From positions 340,876,001 to 340,940,000 of the forward strand of contig OZ024743.1 in the NCBI GenBank assembly GCA_964016885.1: 64,000 nt of DNA. Direction: 5' to 3'. Shown one piece after another: positions 15,333 through 27,739 of this stretch. The position numbers were made by a program, and so were the translations under genes. The stretch comes from Eledone cirrhosa (taxonomy: Eukaryota). Positions within the stretch are counted from its first letter, which is position 1, and each line of letters begins with the position of its first letter. The notes under the pieces were generated by a model that was given only the letters and a program-made list of their open reading frames with translations, searched no databases and had not been told where the DNA came from.

Positions 15333-15450
15333 TTAAGTGTTAAACAATATTCAATGATTATGTCAAAGAATGAATTTTACAATAGATTGGAAGCACTCTA
15401 CGGTTAAATAATTTTCCGGAGTTATTAATATATATAAATATATATATATA

Positions 15451-15642
15451 TGAAAAAGTTTGACCCTGACGGCAGAGCTCAAGCCGTTTCGACCGCTATT
15501 TGTGGACCAGAAATAGCCGTCGAAACGGCTTGGGCTCTGCCGTCGGGGTCAAACTTTTTCCCATTACCCACTCTACTACCCTAAGTATTGAGTACTCTGG
15601 TGCGTTATGGTCAATCTGGTTCCGTAGCACACCTCCTTCGTT
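15451..15642 (+). mobile_element. Family A terminus with inverted 5' duplication
   Basis: Hairpin gaaaaagtttgaccc..cggc..gagctcaagccgtttcgac / gtcgaaacggcttgggctc..gccgtcggggtcaaactttttc. Ends ...ctccttcgt|tatata. Confidence 0.85.
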
Positions 15643-15983
15643 ATATACATAGATATATATTTAATATATAATTTCAAATTACGTAACAACGCTAGTACAT
15701 TCCAGTTTAAAAAAAAAAACACATGCTCACGACCGCACGCGCACACACACACGCACACAAGTTTAATATGCTTTTTTGTTGATACTTCCTTCTTCTAAGA
15801 ACATGGTCGACCAGACTCTATGCCATGGCCTTGGCGCCATGTGGTGAATTATGTATAATGTAAAATACTTAAAAGCATATATGCTATACCTGCACACCTG
15901 CTTGTCTTCAAAATGTTTTGGTGAAAAACAGATTACACACATACACATACACACGCATACACACACACGCGCGCACACACAGG

Positions 15984-16014
<31 letters not shown>

Positions 16015-16049
16015 CTTTATTTTTTTATTTTTTCATTCGCACCGTTTCC

Positions 16050-16237
16050 TTTCGCTATATGTCTCTCCACCACTCCCCTACACACCCTTTGAACTCTGTT
16101 CCCACACACTTCTCACCTGAGGAAGGGCTTATGCCTGAAACGTCGTCCCCCACCAACGCCACACTCTCCAGAGCGTGAAATTAATAAACATTCGTTGTAC
16201 TGCCTCTCTGTTTTGTCCCTGTTCAAATTTTTCCATT
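16050..16237 (+). mobile_element. PLE-like 3' terminus with degenerate minimal HHR
   Basis: CUGAGGA agggc uuau gccu GAAA CGUCG UC at 16117-16147, then AATAAA, ending at (TA)n. Stem I does not pair. Confidence 0.55.
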
Positions 16238-17039
16238 ATATATATATATATATATATATATGGATGTGCATATAAGCAGCTGTATATATATATAAGGGGA
16301 GCTTAATGGTTAGAGAATTGGATTACCAATCATGAGGTTACGAGTTCAATTCCCTTTATATCTTTGAGCAAGGGAGATTACTCTTTCAGTTAGGAGTTGC
16401 GATTTTTATATAGTATCAGCTTTCTACTTTCTGAGTTCAAATCTTGCTATTTTCAGACATGGAAACGAGAAGGGCTCGGCCAGGTTTTAAGGCTGCCCTA
16501 TACACACAGTATGTCAATACGACTCCCCTTAGACTCCCTCGGAGTACATCGATGCCTAAACAATGCGTTTATATTTAATAAACACACATAATTCATTCTC
16601 ACACTGAGACATTTACACACTCAGTACTGAGTCAAAAAGCTACACTTTCTCATGTGTACGCGCTACTGCTAATTATTACTAGACTCTCAATCCGCATTAT
16701 ATATACAAATAAACATCTCAATGCGTGTGCGTGCGGCATTGGTCCGGTCTGATAAAGTTCACAACAGTTCTTCTATACTTGAGTAGTAGGACGGTGGTTA
16801 GTTTGTGTCCACTATCATTGCTGCCAAATCCTTGCGCTCTGTCAGTGGTAGTTAGGTCGGAGGCAGACGCGGTGATAGTAGTCTACCCAACTGTTATCTG
16901 TCTGTATCGGTAAGTGGGTGGTAAGCACAATATACACACAATAATATTCGCTCGACTATCACTGTGTGTGTGTTCTTGTTCTATTTATTTACACCAGCCA
17001 TCTCGTCTCACTTCTTTCAGATCGATTATTGATTCGCGG

Positions 17040-19130
17040 TTCGAGACGTTTAAGCCAGTGTGCTTTCTTAATCCTTAAAGTGCCGGCCGACGTTGCGCTC
17101 CGTCGCTAACACTGTGACAATGAGCCTTCCGTCTTTGTTTCTGCATTTGATTAAGTTTTTCGGAAAGACGAGGCTCTAGTGTTGACATGTTCTTTGATCC
17201 GGACGTGTAGAGGCCAGGTGGTGCTACCGATGTAACATTTGTTGTTACACCTGTCACATTCGATCCTATACACGACGTAGAAACGAAAGGAACAGTTCAT
17301 CTGACGTATCGAACAGTTGTTGAGAGAACACGTGTCATCCGATTAGTTAGGTTTCCTCGAGAGGCATCTTCGTAGTGAGGGCCCCAAGTGGGCCATGTGG
17401 ATGTCGAAACCCTCCCTCCGTATGACTCTGGTGCGGGATCTTAAGGAAACACTCACCTTTCGAGTTTCTCTGTCTCCTGTGTCTGGGGTCCCCAATTCCG
17501 TTTGCAAACGATGCTGGATATCCATTGGTTTCCAGCACCCTGTGGAATTGCTTGGTGTGGGTGACACCACCCACGGGTTAACTGCATCTATCTCTTATCT
17601 GCGTGATCTCATTTGTGATGTACCCTTTTGGCACTGTTAGGGAGGGTAGATTTGAAGTGGACAAACAAATACCTTCAGGCCGCCTGGCGGTAAAAGTTGG
17701 TGTTGATCTGCTCCTGTTCCGTGATGTTGAGTCGGGAATCGAGGAGGGCAAGGGACCCGTCGTCGCTGTGGTGCTTAATGCTGAAGTCAATATTCTCAGC
17801 CGTATTGCTGAACGTCTCATAAATCCCATTCGCCATCTCCCGGGAAGACATGAGGATGAGAATGTCATCCACGTATCTTGAGAAGAAGGCGGCGGCGTTA
17901 GGGTGGCAGGTGGTGATTGCCTTGCATTTAAGGCTGTCCATATACGAGATCGCCAGCACACGCGACAGACTTGAATCCATGGGTAGTCCTGAGGTCTGTC
18001 AGTACGTGTGACCGAGAAAATTGAAATATGTGTTGTCAACTACAACGGATAGGAGCTGGTGGATGTCGGTGGAGGTGAGCCCCAAACAGTGTAGGCGGGT
18101 AGGCTGGACACGTTCGGTCAATATGTAGACGGTTGGGTGCGGCCACATCAAGGCTGAAGGTATATCTGTTATCTCTTCGGGCGTTGACGTCTCCCGGCAG
18201 TGTGTTTTGTAGAGGTTTAGGTATTTTGGATAGGAAGCATGAAATTTTGTAAAGCGGTCCTTCCACACTGGATACAATAGGCCTGGTTTTCATGTCAGCC
18301 CCTTGCTTGTGGGTTTTCACGAGATGATAGAAGGCGTGTAGTCTACTTTTCCTCGTAGGGAGGTTGCTTCTAAGCCTCTTCGGAAGTTTCCGCCGGTCGC
18401 ATATGCTGGTCCAAGTGGTGTTGATATGTTCCTCGATCCGCGCAGGAGTGATCCCTGTGACCTTGGAGTAGAGGCAGTCATTGTCAATGTGTTGGAGAGC
18501 TAGGTTGTTGTAGGCCTCTCTGATGATGATGCAGAATTCCTTTCCCTTGTCGGAGGGGAGGTAAACGAGGCGCTTCAATTTCAAATTTGTGAGAGTGGTG
18601 AGTTGTGATTTAGTGAGGTTGTATGTTGTGCGTGCGTGTATCTGTTTGTGTAGGATGTCAGAGATAGAGTGTTTCAACCTGATGAGTTTCGTGTCGAGTT
18701 CGTGGCTGGTGGGTGGGTGTGGTTCGGGTTGTCAAGGCGGTACGTGGGGAATTTGGAGCGAGTTGTGTAGGTGCTGTCATTTCGGTGGTATTGTTGATGG
18801 CGGTTACCCATTTGAGCTAGTAGGCGGCTCGGCAGAAGTTGGCTGCGATGTCGAGTCTAAGTCTGTCGTTGAACCACTGTGAGTCGATGAACTTGGGTCC
18901 GAGCCTTGTCGTTTGTGAGGGTACCAGTTAGGTCGGTGACCAGGTGCGTCGCGTCGTTGAGGTGTGGATCGGTGTTGGTGGACGCGGCAGTGTCGGTTGT
19001 TATGTTGTTGTCCATGATGTGGTGCTGGTCCGTCTGTCTGTTAGTCTTGGTGTGTTCGTTGTAAAGTTAGTTCGAGGTCCATTCGAATTCCGCTTGAGTC
19101 GTTTCTTTTCCGCAATGCTTCGAGCAAACT
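17040..19130 (-). mobile_element. Penelope-like retroelement (RT + C-terminal GIY-YIG endonuclease), frameshifted
   Basis: RT motifs: YLPSDKGKEFCII, FYHLVKTHK..TRPIVSS, FSLDV, NTYFNF, GLPMDSSLS.VLAISYM, FSRYVDDILI, SLALLD, LETNGYP. Endonuclease read manually at ~17190-17285: FYVVYRIECDRCNNKCYIGSTTWPLHVRIKEH. Confidence 0.93.
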
Positions 19131-19147
19131 TTAACACTCTCTCTTAA

Positions 19148-19337
19148 ATCTCAGAGAAAAGCCACAAACCTCCATCTCAATTCTACTTTGAAAATCATAA
19201 GAACTGTGAAACCGGTAAAGGGAACAAATAAATATTCTGAAAAAGAATCCAGTTGCAATTTCGATTTCATTTCCTTATACTGTCACTCGTGTAGGACATC
19301 TCGTTCGTTTTTAATTAAAAAACACCTCATTTTCTTA
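19148..19337 (+). mobile_element. Family B TA-abutting element (HHR-bearing PLE-like terminus), diverged copy
   Basis: Aligns with 33594-33803, 29496-29706 and 37318-37520 (ccatctcaattctac..gaactg.gaaaccggtaaag..ccagttgca..tcactcgtgtaggaca). Confidence 0.8.
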
Positions 19338-19390
19338 TATATAAAAGAAAGATAGCGTAGATATACAATACAACAGGAGGAACATAATAG

Positions 19391-19434
19391 TACCACTGAT
19401 GATGTTGCAGATGTGCAACGAAAGAACTTTGTTA
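19391..19434 (+). ncRNA. Hammerhead ribozyme motif (type I, minimal stem III, slightly decayed)
   Basis: uacca CUGAUGA u GUUGCA gaug UGCAAC GAAA gaac UU uguua. Stem II is a perfect 6 bp. Stem I is 4/5 bp. Confidence 0.6.
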
Positions 19435-19897
19435 GACTATATATATGTGTTTATATCTATATTATATCTGTATTTTTGACCGTTGGTCAGTCAAATGAGA
19501 TTAATCGCCTCATTTACACAGACGAGAACACCATATATTCTCGCCTGTTTTCAAGTCCTGCAGTTGCAACAGAGCGCAGGATACCCCGATGAGAACCAGT
19601 TAAGTTCGAAATGCTTTGACGGTTGTCGCCCCTGCTTCTGCTGGGCACCACCACAGGGCGACAGCCTTGGTGCTTTGCATAGCTACTGCTTTCTAAATGT
19701 TTATCCATAAACATACCGTATTTCTTTAGAAATACGAAATTTTGATACATATCTGTATGCAGTTATGCATGAGGCTAAATCCTAATTATATATATATATA
19801 TAATATATATATATATATATAAATATATATAATTGGTGTTGGATGGTTAAAGCGTCCGTATGCGGTAGGCCGTATGAGCACTCGATGCTCTCATAGT

Positions 19898-20130
19898 AAA
19901 AAGAGAATCAGTGTTGCGACGAAAGGAATTTATTGGACATATTACAATTGTTTCTCAGGCGACCAGCTCGAGGCACGGTCGATGTGGTGATCAAACATGA
20001 CTCTGAACTCGCGCGGTCCTCGGATACGTCACGATTCTATGAAGCAGATTTTCTTCGAGCTGGTCGCCCGAGAAAGAATTGTAATATGTCCCAAAAATTA
20101 TTTTCGTCGCGACACTGATTCTCTTTTTTC
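19898..20130. repeat. Inverted repeat (~75 bp arms) abutting (TA)n, PLE-terminus-like
   Basis: aaaaagagaatcagtgt.gcgacgaaa...tttctc.ggcgaccagctcga / tcgagctggtcgcc.gagaaa...tttcgtcgcgacactgattctcttttt. Confidence 0.8.
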
Positions 20131-20146
20131 TGTGATATATATATAT

Positions 20147-20180
<34 letters not shown>

Positions 20181-20193
20181 ATATATATATATG

Positions 20194-20241
<48 letters not shown>

Positions 20242-20262
20242 TATATGTAATATATATATATG

Positions 20263-20305
<43 letters not shown>

Positions 20306-20351
20306 TATATGTAATATATATATATATATATATATAATATATATATATGTA

Positions 20352-20397
<46 letters not shown>

Positions 20398-20409
20398 GTG
20401 TGTGTGTGT

Positions 20410-20455
<46 letters not shown>

Positions 20456-20459
20456 CTCC

Positions 20460-20653
20460 GTGAGTGTACCCGCTAGGGGTTGGTGTGTATATATATATAT
20501 TCTTTTAAAATATCTCAGAACTTTTATCAATTTGTACAACTTGTCAATATTATTTTGTGATAATATTGACAAGTTGTACAAATTGATAAAAGTTCTGAGA
20601 TATTTTAAAAGAATATATATATATACACACCAACCCCTAGCGGGTACACTCAC
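20460..20653. repeat. Essentially perfect ~194 bp palindrome
   Basis: gtgagtgtacccgctagggg...cttgtcaatattat tttgtg ataatattgacaag...cccctagcgggtacactcac. Confidence 0.95.
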
Positions 20654-20655
20654 AT

Positions 20656-21040
20656 GGCGGTGGATTGGCAGTATCGGTAGAGGTTCGGACGCCATGCTTT
20701 GACGCATAGAGTTACGGCCCTTGCCATTCTGAGTTCAAATCCCGCCGAGGTTAACTTTGCCTTTCATCCTTACGGGGTCGATAAAATAAAGTACCAGTAG
20801 TGTACTGGGTAATTTTCTGGCCTTGTGCCAATGGTAGAAACAATTATTTTGTGATAATGGATTGGCAGTATCGGTAGAGGGTCGGACGCCATGCTTTTTA
20901 GCATAGTCACGTCCCTTTACAGTCTGAGTTCAAATCCCGCCGAGGTTAACTTTGCCTTTCATCCTTACGGGGTCGATAAAATAAAGTACCAGTAATGTAC
21001 TGAGTATTTGCTGGCCTTGTGCCTAAAGTAGAAACAATTA
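20656..21040 (+). mobile_element. Two tandem family-1 SINEs (20656-20846, 20858-21040)
   Basis: Each has ggattggcagtatcggtagagg.tcggacgccatgc, GAGTTCAAATCCC, the conserved core and the tail agtagaaacaattat. Confidence 0.92.
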
Positions 21041-21516
21041 TTTTGTGATAAAATCCATTCTTCAATATATATTGTTTCGTTGAATGATTCATTTTCTGTC
21101 TCTCCTGTGCACAAACTTAGCTTTTTAGAAATATTTTCTTGTTTGCTTTTCATAGTCTAACCGAATTTATTCCTTTCATGAATGTATCGATCATACTACT
21201 TTATCTGATACGTATCTGAACATTAACTTTGTCAGTCTTAATACATACATGCAGACACACTACCACAAATATATACATATGTGTATATGTGTGCGTATGT
21301 GTGTGTGGTGTGTGTTTTACCTTGCATCGACTGTTGCTATTAGCAGTACGAAAAAGTTTTAATAGCCGCCCCACAAGACATTACTACTTTAAACAAGTCT
21401 CTGTTTGGGTAGCCCTAGAGCTACACGCTTAAATATGGAGTTCAAAAGTAAACAATTTTGGACCTCGTGTGTCGAAAACGACGGGGAAGTCCATTATATA
21501 TACGCATATATATATA

Positions 21517-22385
21517 CGAGGTGTATCAGAAAACTTCCAGGACTGATGTCACAAAAGATTTATTTCAAACCCCAACTTTATACTAAGAGTTTTCTCCTTC
21601 AAAGTAATCCCCCTGGAGTATGTAACTGTAATCATAGATCTCTACAGCGATCAAACTTTTTTCTTCATAGTTTTATATACATGTCCCCTGTTTCAGGTCG
21701 TCAAGCAATGAGCACAGAGTAGCGAACAAACTTGCAGTTTCTGGTACAGTTGGGCATCTGACGATGTCATGCTCACGTGTTTTTGAGTGGTGCAAGAGGT
21801 TTAAAGAAGGACGCGAGGTCGTGGAAGATGACCCCAGGCGTAGAAGGCCCTCAGCAACCAGGACTGAGGTCAACGTTGACCGCGTCAGGCAGATGGTGCG
21901 TAGCGATCGTCGGCTGACTGTTCGACTGATGGCAAATGAGCTGGGCATGAATCGGGGCAGCGTCTGGAAGATTCTCACTGAAGATTTGGACATGCGGAAA
22001 GTCTGCGCGAAGATGGTGCCAAAACTGTTGAACAATGATCAGAAGGGTCGACGCATGCAAGTGTGGCACGACATCCTCGAGAGTCTTGAAACGAACCAGA
22101 CTTGCTACGGACACTCATCACCCGTGATGAGTCATGGATCTTCGAGTACGACCCGGAGGGGACCCGTTTTGAAGACGTGGACGACATCAAAAAGGCCGTG
22201 ACGACGGAACTGCGGAGGATCCCGGAAGAATCCTTCCAGGAGTGCATGCAAGCGTGGCAGAAAAGAATGGAAAAGTGCATTAGACTCCAGGGGGATTACT
22301 TTGAAGGAGAAAACTCCTGGTGTGAAGTTTGGGTTTGAAATAAATCTTTCGTGACATCAGTCCTGGAACTTTTCTGACACACATG
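21517..22385 (+). mobile_element. mariner (DD34D-type) transposon, internally deleted, ~100 bp TIRs
   Basis: TA|CGAGGTGTATCAGAAAACTTCCAGGACTG... is mirrored at 22284-22385. Transposase VFEWCKRFKEGRE.VEDDPR..RPS...DRRLTVR.MA.ELG...KVCAKMVPKLL, ITRDESWIFEYDPE, ...W.KRMEKCI..QGDYFEG. Confidence 0.93.
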
Positions 22386-22405
22386 ACACATACATATGCA
22401 TATAT

Positions 22406-22455
<50 letters not shown>

Positions 22456-22472
22456 ATATATATATATATATA

Positions 22473-22545
<73 letters not shown>

Positions 22546-22549
22546 ATAT

Positions 22550-22629
<80 letters not shown>

Positions 22630-22678
22630 GAGCTTCAACAGGACTAGAACTGTTTCATTCGTGAGAAATCATCATGAA

Positions 22679-22713
<35 letters not shown>

Positions 22714-22715
<2 letters not shown>

Positions 22716-22909
22716 CAAAGGAGGTGTGGTAAGGAACCAGATGGACCATAACGCACCAGAGTACTCAATACTTAGGGTAGTAGAGTGGGTAATAGGAAAA
22801 TACCAAACCCTGATGGCAGAGCTCAAGCCGTTTCGACGGCTATTTCTGTAGTCCAGAATTAGCTGTCGAAACGGCTTCAGCTCTGCCGTCGGGGTTAAAC
22901 ATTTTCCTA
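22714..22909 (-). mobile_element. Family A terminus with fold-back
   Basis: tata|acaaaggaggtgtggtaaggaaccag...gagctcaagccgtttcgacggcta...tagctgtcgaaacggct..ctctgccgtcgggg...ttttccta|tata. Confidence 0.85.
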
Positions 22910-23544
22910 TATATGTATATATATATATTTGTATTAGAAAGCCGAACACACATAGGCACCCACGACAATTGTAGACCTACTATATTGCATAAGCAAATAA
23001 AAAATACCAACACCGGCTCACACCTGCTTGCGATAATTTTTAGTACAGCAACCAGCTACAAATAAAATGACCATAATTCTAACTAAACACACACATTCGG
23101 AACAACAATCATAATACCGTTATCTTTTTAGAAAATTCATAAAATAGGTTCTTTTATTGAAAGACATAAAATTTATACTGGCATAACCTCACCGTTTTGG
23201 GGTCCGGGAGTGTTCGCAATTCTACGTGGCGCTAATGTTGATTTTGTGTCTGCAATAAGGCTGACTACGTTTCATGACCACACCGACCACGAAAATGGGA
23301 AACGGCTCTCATACACGCACACACACATTCTCCTTCTAAGAGGGTCACACACTCTACTATTCCAAGTATTGTGTACTATGTTGAATGATGGTCTAACTAG
23401 TTCAATACTGGTTTAATGCTGATATATATATATATATATGATATGTGATATATATATATATGATATGTGATATATATATATATATGATATATGATATATA
23501 TATATATGATATATAAATGATATATATATATATATATATAACAT

Positions 23545-23862
23545 AAATAAGAGACTGTTTTATTCGTACATCTTCCTTTGATTACATAATTCCATTATAC
23601 GTACTTCAAGGATGTCAGAGTAGTTATTATATAACTCCCTGGCATGTTTTCATCCGAATGTGTACCCATATTGATGAGGGTCAGCGATGTAAACAAATCG
23701 AGAAACTTCTCAGATATCAATAGATAGGAAAATACATCTTACACAGTCTGATGAAAAGATGCCAAGGTGTTATTATATAACCACTCTGACATCTTTGAAA
23801 TACGTATAATGGAATAATATAATAAAATGAAGATGTACGAATAAAACCGTCTCTCTTATTTA
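23545..23862 (+). mobile_element. Fold-back PLE-like terminus with HHR motif at 23745-23811
   Basis: Arms of ~120 bp. The right arm reads CUGAUGA AAAGAUG...CAUCUUU GAAA UACGUA UA, with a 7-bp stem II and palindromic stem III. Confidence 0.7.
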
Positions 23863-23989
23863 CTATATTAAAACTCCGGTTGATAGCTTACAGCGAAAAC
23901 CCAAAGGAATACAATTCGTTGAGAGCATTACATCTGTTTACGAAAAGGTCGGAAGATTATTTGATCAACCAACTTTCATTAACTGAATA

Positions 23990-24029
<40 letters not shown>

Positions 24030-24041
24030 ACAGACACACAC

Positions 24042-24189
<148 letters not shown>

Positions 24190-24703
24190 TATTCAGTTAA
24201 TGAAAGTTGGTTGATCAAATAATAATAGTTTTTAATTTCCCCCCTCCTCTCACTTATCGTTGTCAACACGTATCTTTTATTTTCGACTTTGTATTTTTTG
24301 TTCTTATTCATTTATTTATTTATTCTTATCACTTCATGTATATGTATGTGTATGTATTTTGTCCATGCCTGTAGATACATATAGGCTTATGTGTACTTTT
24401 TAAGTATATGCGCGTGGTTGAGTGTGTGTATGTTTATATATGTATTGTTTTTATATTTACATATGTATTTTCTTTTTCTTTTTTTTTCTCTTCTTCTTCT
24501 TTGCCCGTGTTTCATCAACCTCACTTCCATATTTTTAATATTTGGTTTTCAAATCCATATTTAATAAAAACAACATGTTTTATTCTTTCTGACAACTGAC
24601 AACAGACATATCTGCTTTCAAGAAACCACTGGTAAATGAAATAATTATCTTATGTTGTTTATTACATAACTATATATATATATATACACACACAAGCACA
24701 CAC

Positions 24704-24738
<35 letters not shown>

Positions 24739-24900
24739 CGTGTGTGTGTTCGGTCATTGGGCGAGATGTAGAAATGGGCCATGTTGCGCCGAGATAGAGG
24801 TCGAAGAGTGCTTACTACTATATAGGAGCTATGTATGCCAGGATTTAACCAGTTTTAAAGCAGTATAGAACTGGCTATATATATATATATATATATATAT

Positions 24901-25101
24901 AACAAAGGAATTTTGGTAAGGAACCAGATGGACCATAATGCACTAGAGTACTCAATACTTAGGGTAGTAGAGTGGGAAATAGAAAAAAGTATGACCCCGA
25001 CGGCTATTACTCATTCCGTTTCGACGGCTATTACTCATTCCTTATTGTAGGGAGGCTTTGCTTGGCCACAGCCAAAGCTTCGATTTTACTAAGCTTCCAC
25101 T

Positions 25102-25137
<36 letters not shown>

Positions 25138-25284
25138 ATATAGGATATATAGAATTAGCCGTGGAAACGGCTTGAGTTCAGCCGTCGGGGTCCTACTCGT
25201 TCCTATTACCCACTCTACTACCCGAACTATTGAGTACTTTGGTGCGTTATGGTCCACCTGGTTCCTTACCACATTTCCTTCGTT
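24901..25284. mobile_element. Two family A termini in opposite orientation (24901-25030 minus, 25151-25284 plus)
   Basis: Both match 56181-56310 and abut (TA)n tracts. Confidence 0.8.
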
Positions 25285-27739
25285 ATATATGTATATATAT
25301 ATATATATAGGTATATATACAATTGGAAGCTTAGTAAAATCGAAGCTTTGGCTGTGGCCAAGCAAAGCCTCCCTACAATAAGGAATGAGTAGGAAAGCAC
25401 CCAATAAGGGTAATATTACAAAACACTAAAATAGAGTAATAACATTACGTTTAAAAGCTTGACAAATTGAAAATTGCGGTAGGCAAAACCCATCCACACA
25501 ATACCAAAAACGACGAAAGAACTAATCAGGTAAAACAACATATATATGCTTTTTCATTCTTTTATTTGTCTCAGGCATTGGGGAGCAACCATGCTGGGGC
25601 ACCTCCTTCAGGTTTTCATTCATAGTCCAATGTATTTTTTCTATATCTGGGAATTCAAGTGTTAAGCGCATGGTTGAGCAAGATTTCTAGAACTTTTAGG
25701 TGCTATTTCTAGCAAATAATGCGGTTACATAGATGTTTTTATTCGGTTGTGTGCGTATTCATTTATGGAATACATATATCTTAATATTCTTATTTTATTA
25801 CTTGCGTCAATTCTACAAGATTTTGTTGGCGTTATTTTTCTATATTCCATCGATCTATGTTCTACCATTAGACTACATAATATATTCTACTTTTATAATT
25901 TTTTACTTTAAAATATACATCTATTGAAAATTTGTTTATTTCTTTCGAATGTTTGAATTTTTCTATGCGTCTTTCACACTCACACACGTTAGCACTTTCT
26001 GTGTTTGTATATGTATATTCTCATATACATTGCAAAATAAGCTTGTGCTGGAAATCTGAAAAATATACGTATGTATCCTGCTGTATATTGAACCACACAC
26101 ACACATACGTTTATACACACGCACGCGCGCGCACACACATATATATATCTACAAACACATACACACACACATATATATATATATATATCTCCCCCCCACC
26201 ACATATTTATATATATATATAATCGACCGAGCCACGTTCTGTGAAAGTAGTCTCAGATTTATGACAAATCAGTTAGTTTCATAGCTATACTGGCAAATAT
26301 CTTAGTTTCAATTGTATACTTGGAATAAGATAATTGTCTCCAGTAATTTTTTCTGACGCATTTGTGATTCGTAGAACATGGCCGTGGGTTTGGTGCCATT
26401 GCAAATGCTTTGAGAATCTAGGTTATCGCGTAGGATCATAAACACTAAACTCCAGTATTAGATAGCGTGAAGGCTTTCCTGCAGCTTTATGGCTGTCCAG
26501 AAACTGAAACTCAGCAAGATAATTGATATGTTCATGAGAACTAACTCTTTCTGGGAAGCAACTCCAGTAGCCTTCTCTTAATTTCCCTCCCTAAATTATT
26601 TCTTGGCCCCAAGATTGCTCGTTTGCAAAGCTATTTGAGAATATATTGTAGGGTGTGAATAGTTGGAAAGACTCAGTAAATTATTGCTTTTTCTTTTTGA
26701 ATGACTTGGCCAAGTGGTATTTGAATTGTTTCAAATCTTGCATTCTCCGATTCAAGTTTTCAACTGCTCGGCTGTGTCACAGTGATGTTATTTGAAATGT
26801 TTGGCCAGAATCTTGTCAGGGTCTTATAGTTTGCTTAATCAAATCATGGTGTTGCACAGAGATCGTTTCTGCCGTTCTGTCTAACCTGCTTTCTCCAGAG
26901 GCTGTTTCCAATGTTTATGTGTTGTAGGTTCATATAGTCTACATGCTTCATCTGGTGTGTTCGCACTACATTCAAAACACAGAGTGTCCGCAAATAATGA
27001 TGGTCACTGAACAATGTGAAGATGTAGTAACAGGTAAAAGCACTGCCTGGGGATGCAACTCGTATAAACATTCCCACTAACATCACATATATTGATTTCT
27101 TCGTGTCCGTTGATTGGTTAATTTTAATTCCGTTGATTTTATTTCTTTTGATTAGTCTAAGCGTAGTAGGTTGTAACTAATTAAAATTAATTAGATACAT
27201 TACAGAGTTGTAATGGCTATCTTTTACTTCATACAATTCCTTTGTAAACAGAATAAGTGAGAGAACGGATATATAGTTTCAAACGATATTAAGTTCTCTT
27301 CAAACGATATTAACTTCTCTTCTTACTTTTCTCTCAATTGTATTTCAAGTAGTTATAATCAAGTGTTTTATTAAACCAGCTACACTGATTTGGATATTTG
27401 TCGCTCTCTTTGAGTGAGTTCAACACGTTAGTAGTGTTTGTTTATGATACTATGGTACTATAGGGAAAAGCTATAGATCTTAGCAGCCACTGCATATTCA
27501 AACTAATTAAAATTAATTAAATACTGTCAACAATCGTAAAGAGTGCACCTTTGTTTATACAATTCTACTGTGAACACACAAATCTAATAACGTTTCAAAT
27601 TATAGCCCATTGATTCCTCTATTACTGTTCCTGGCTGTCCAGTGTATCTATTTACATTTGATTAGTTAACATATGCAGTGGCAGATAAAATATATAGATT
27701 TCATTATGCTGATGTAAGCCTTTTCGGAGGCGGTTATAT

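Noticed and set aside
20656-20750. tRNA-like A/B boxes as tRNA genes
   Set aside because: They are heads of a multi-copy SINE and form no complete cloverleaf.
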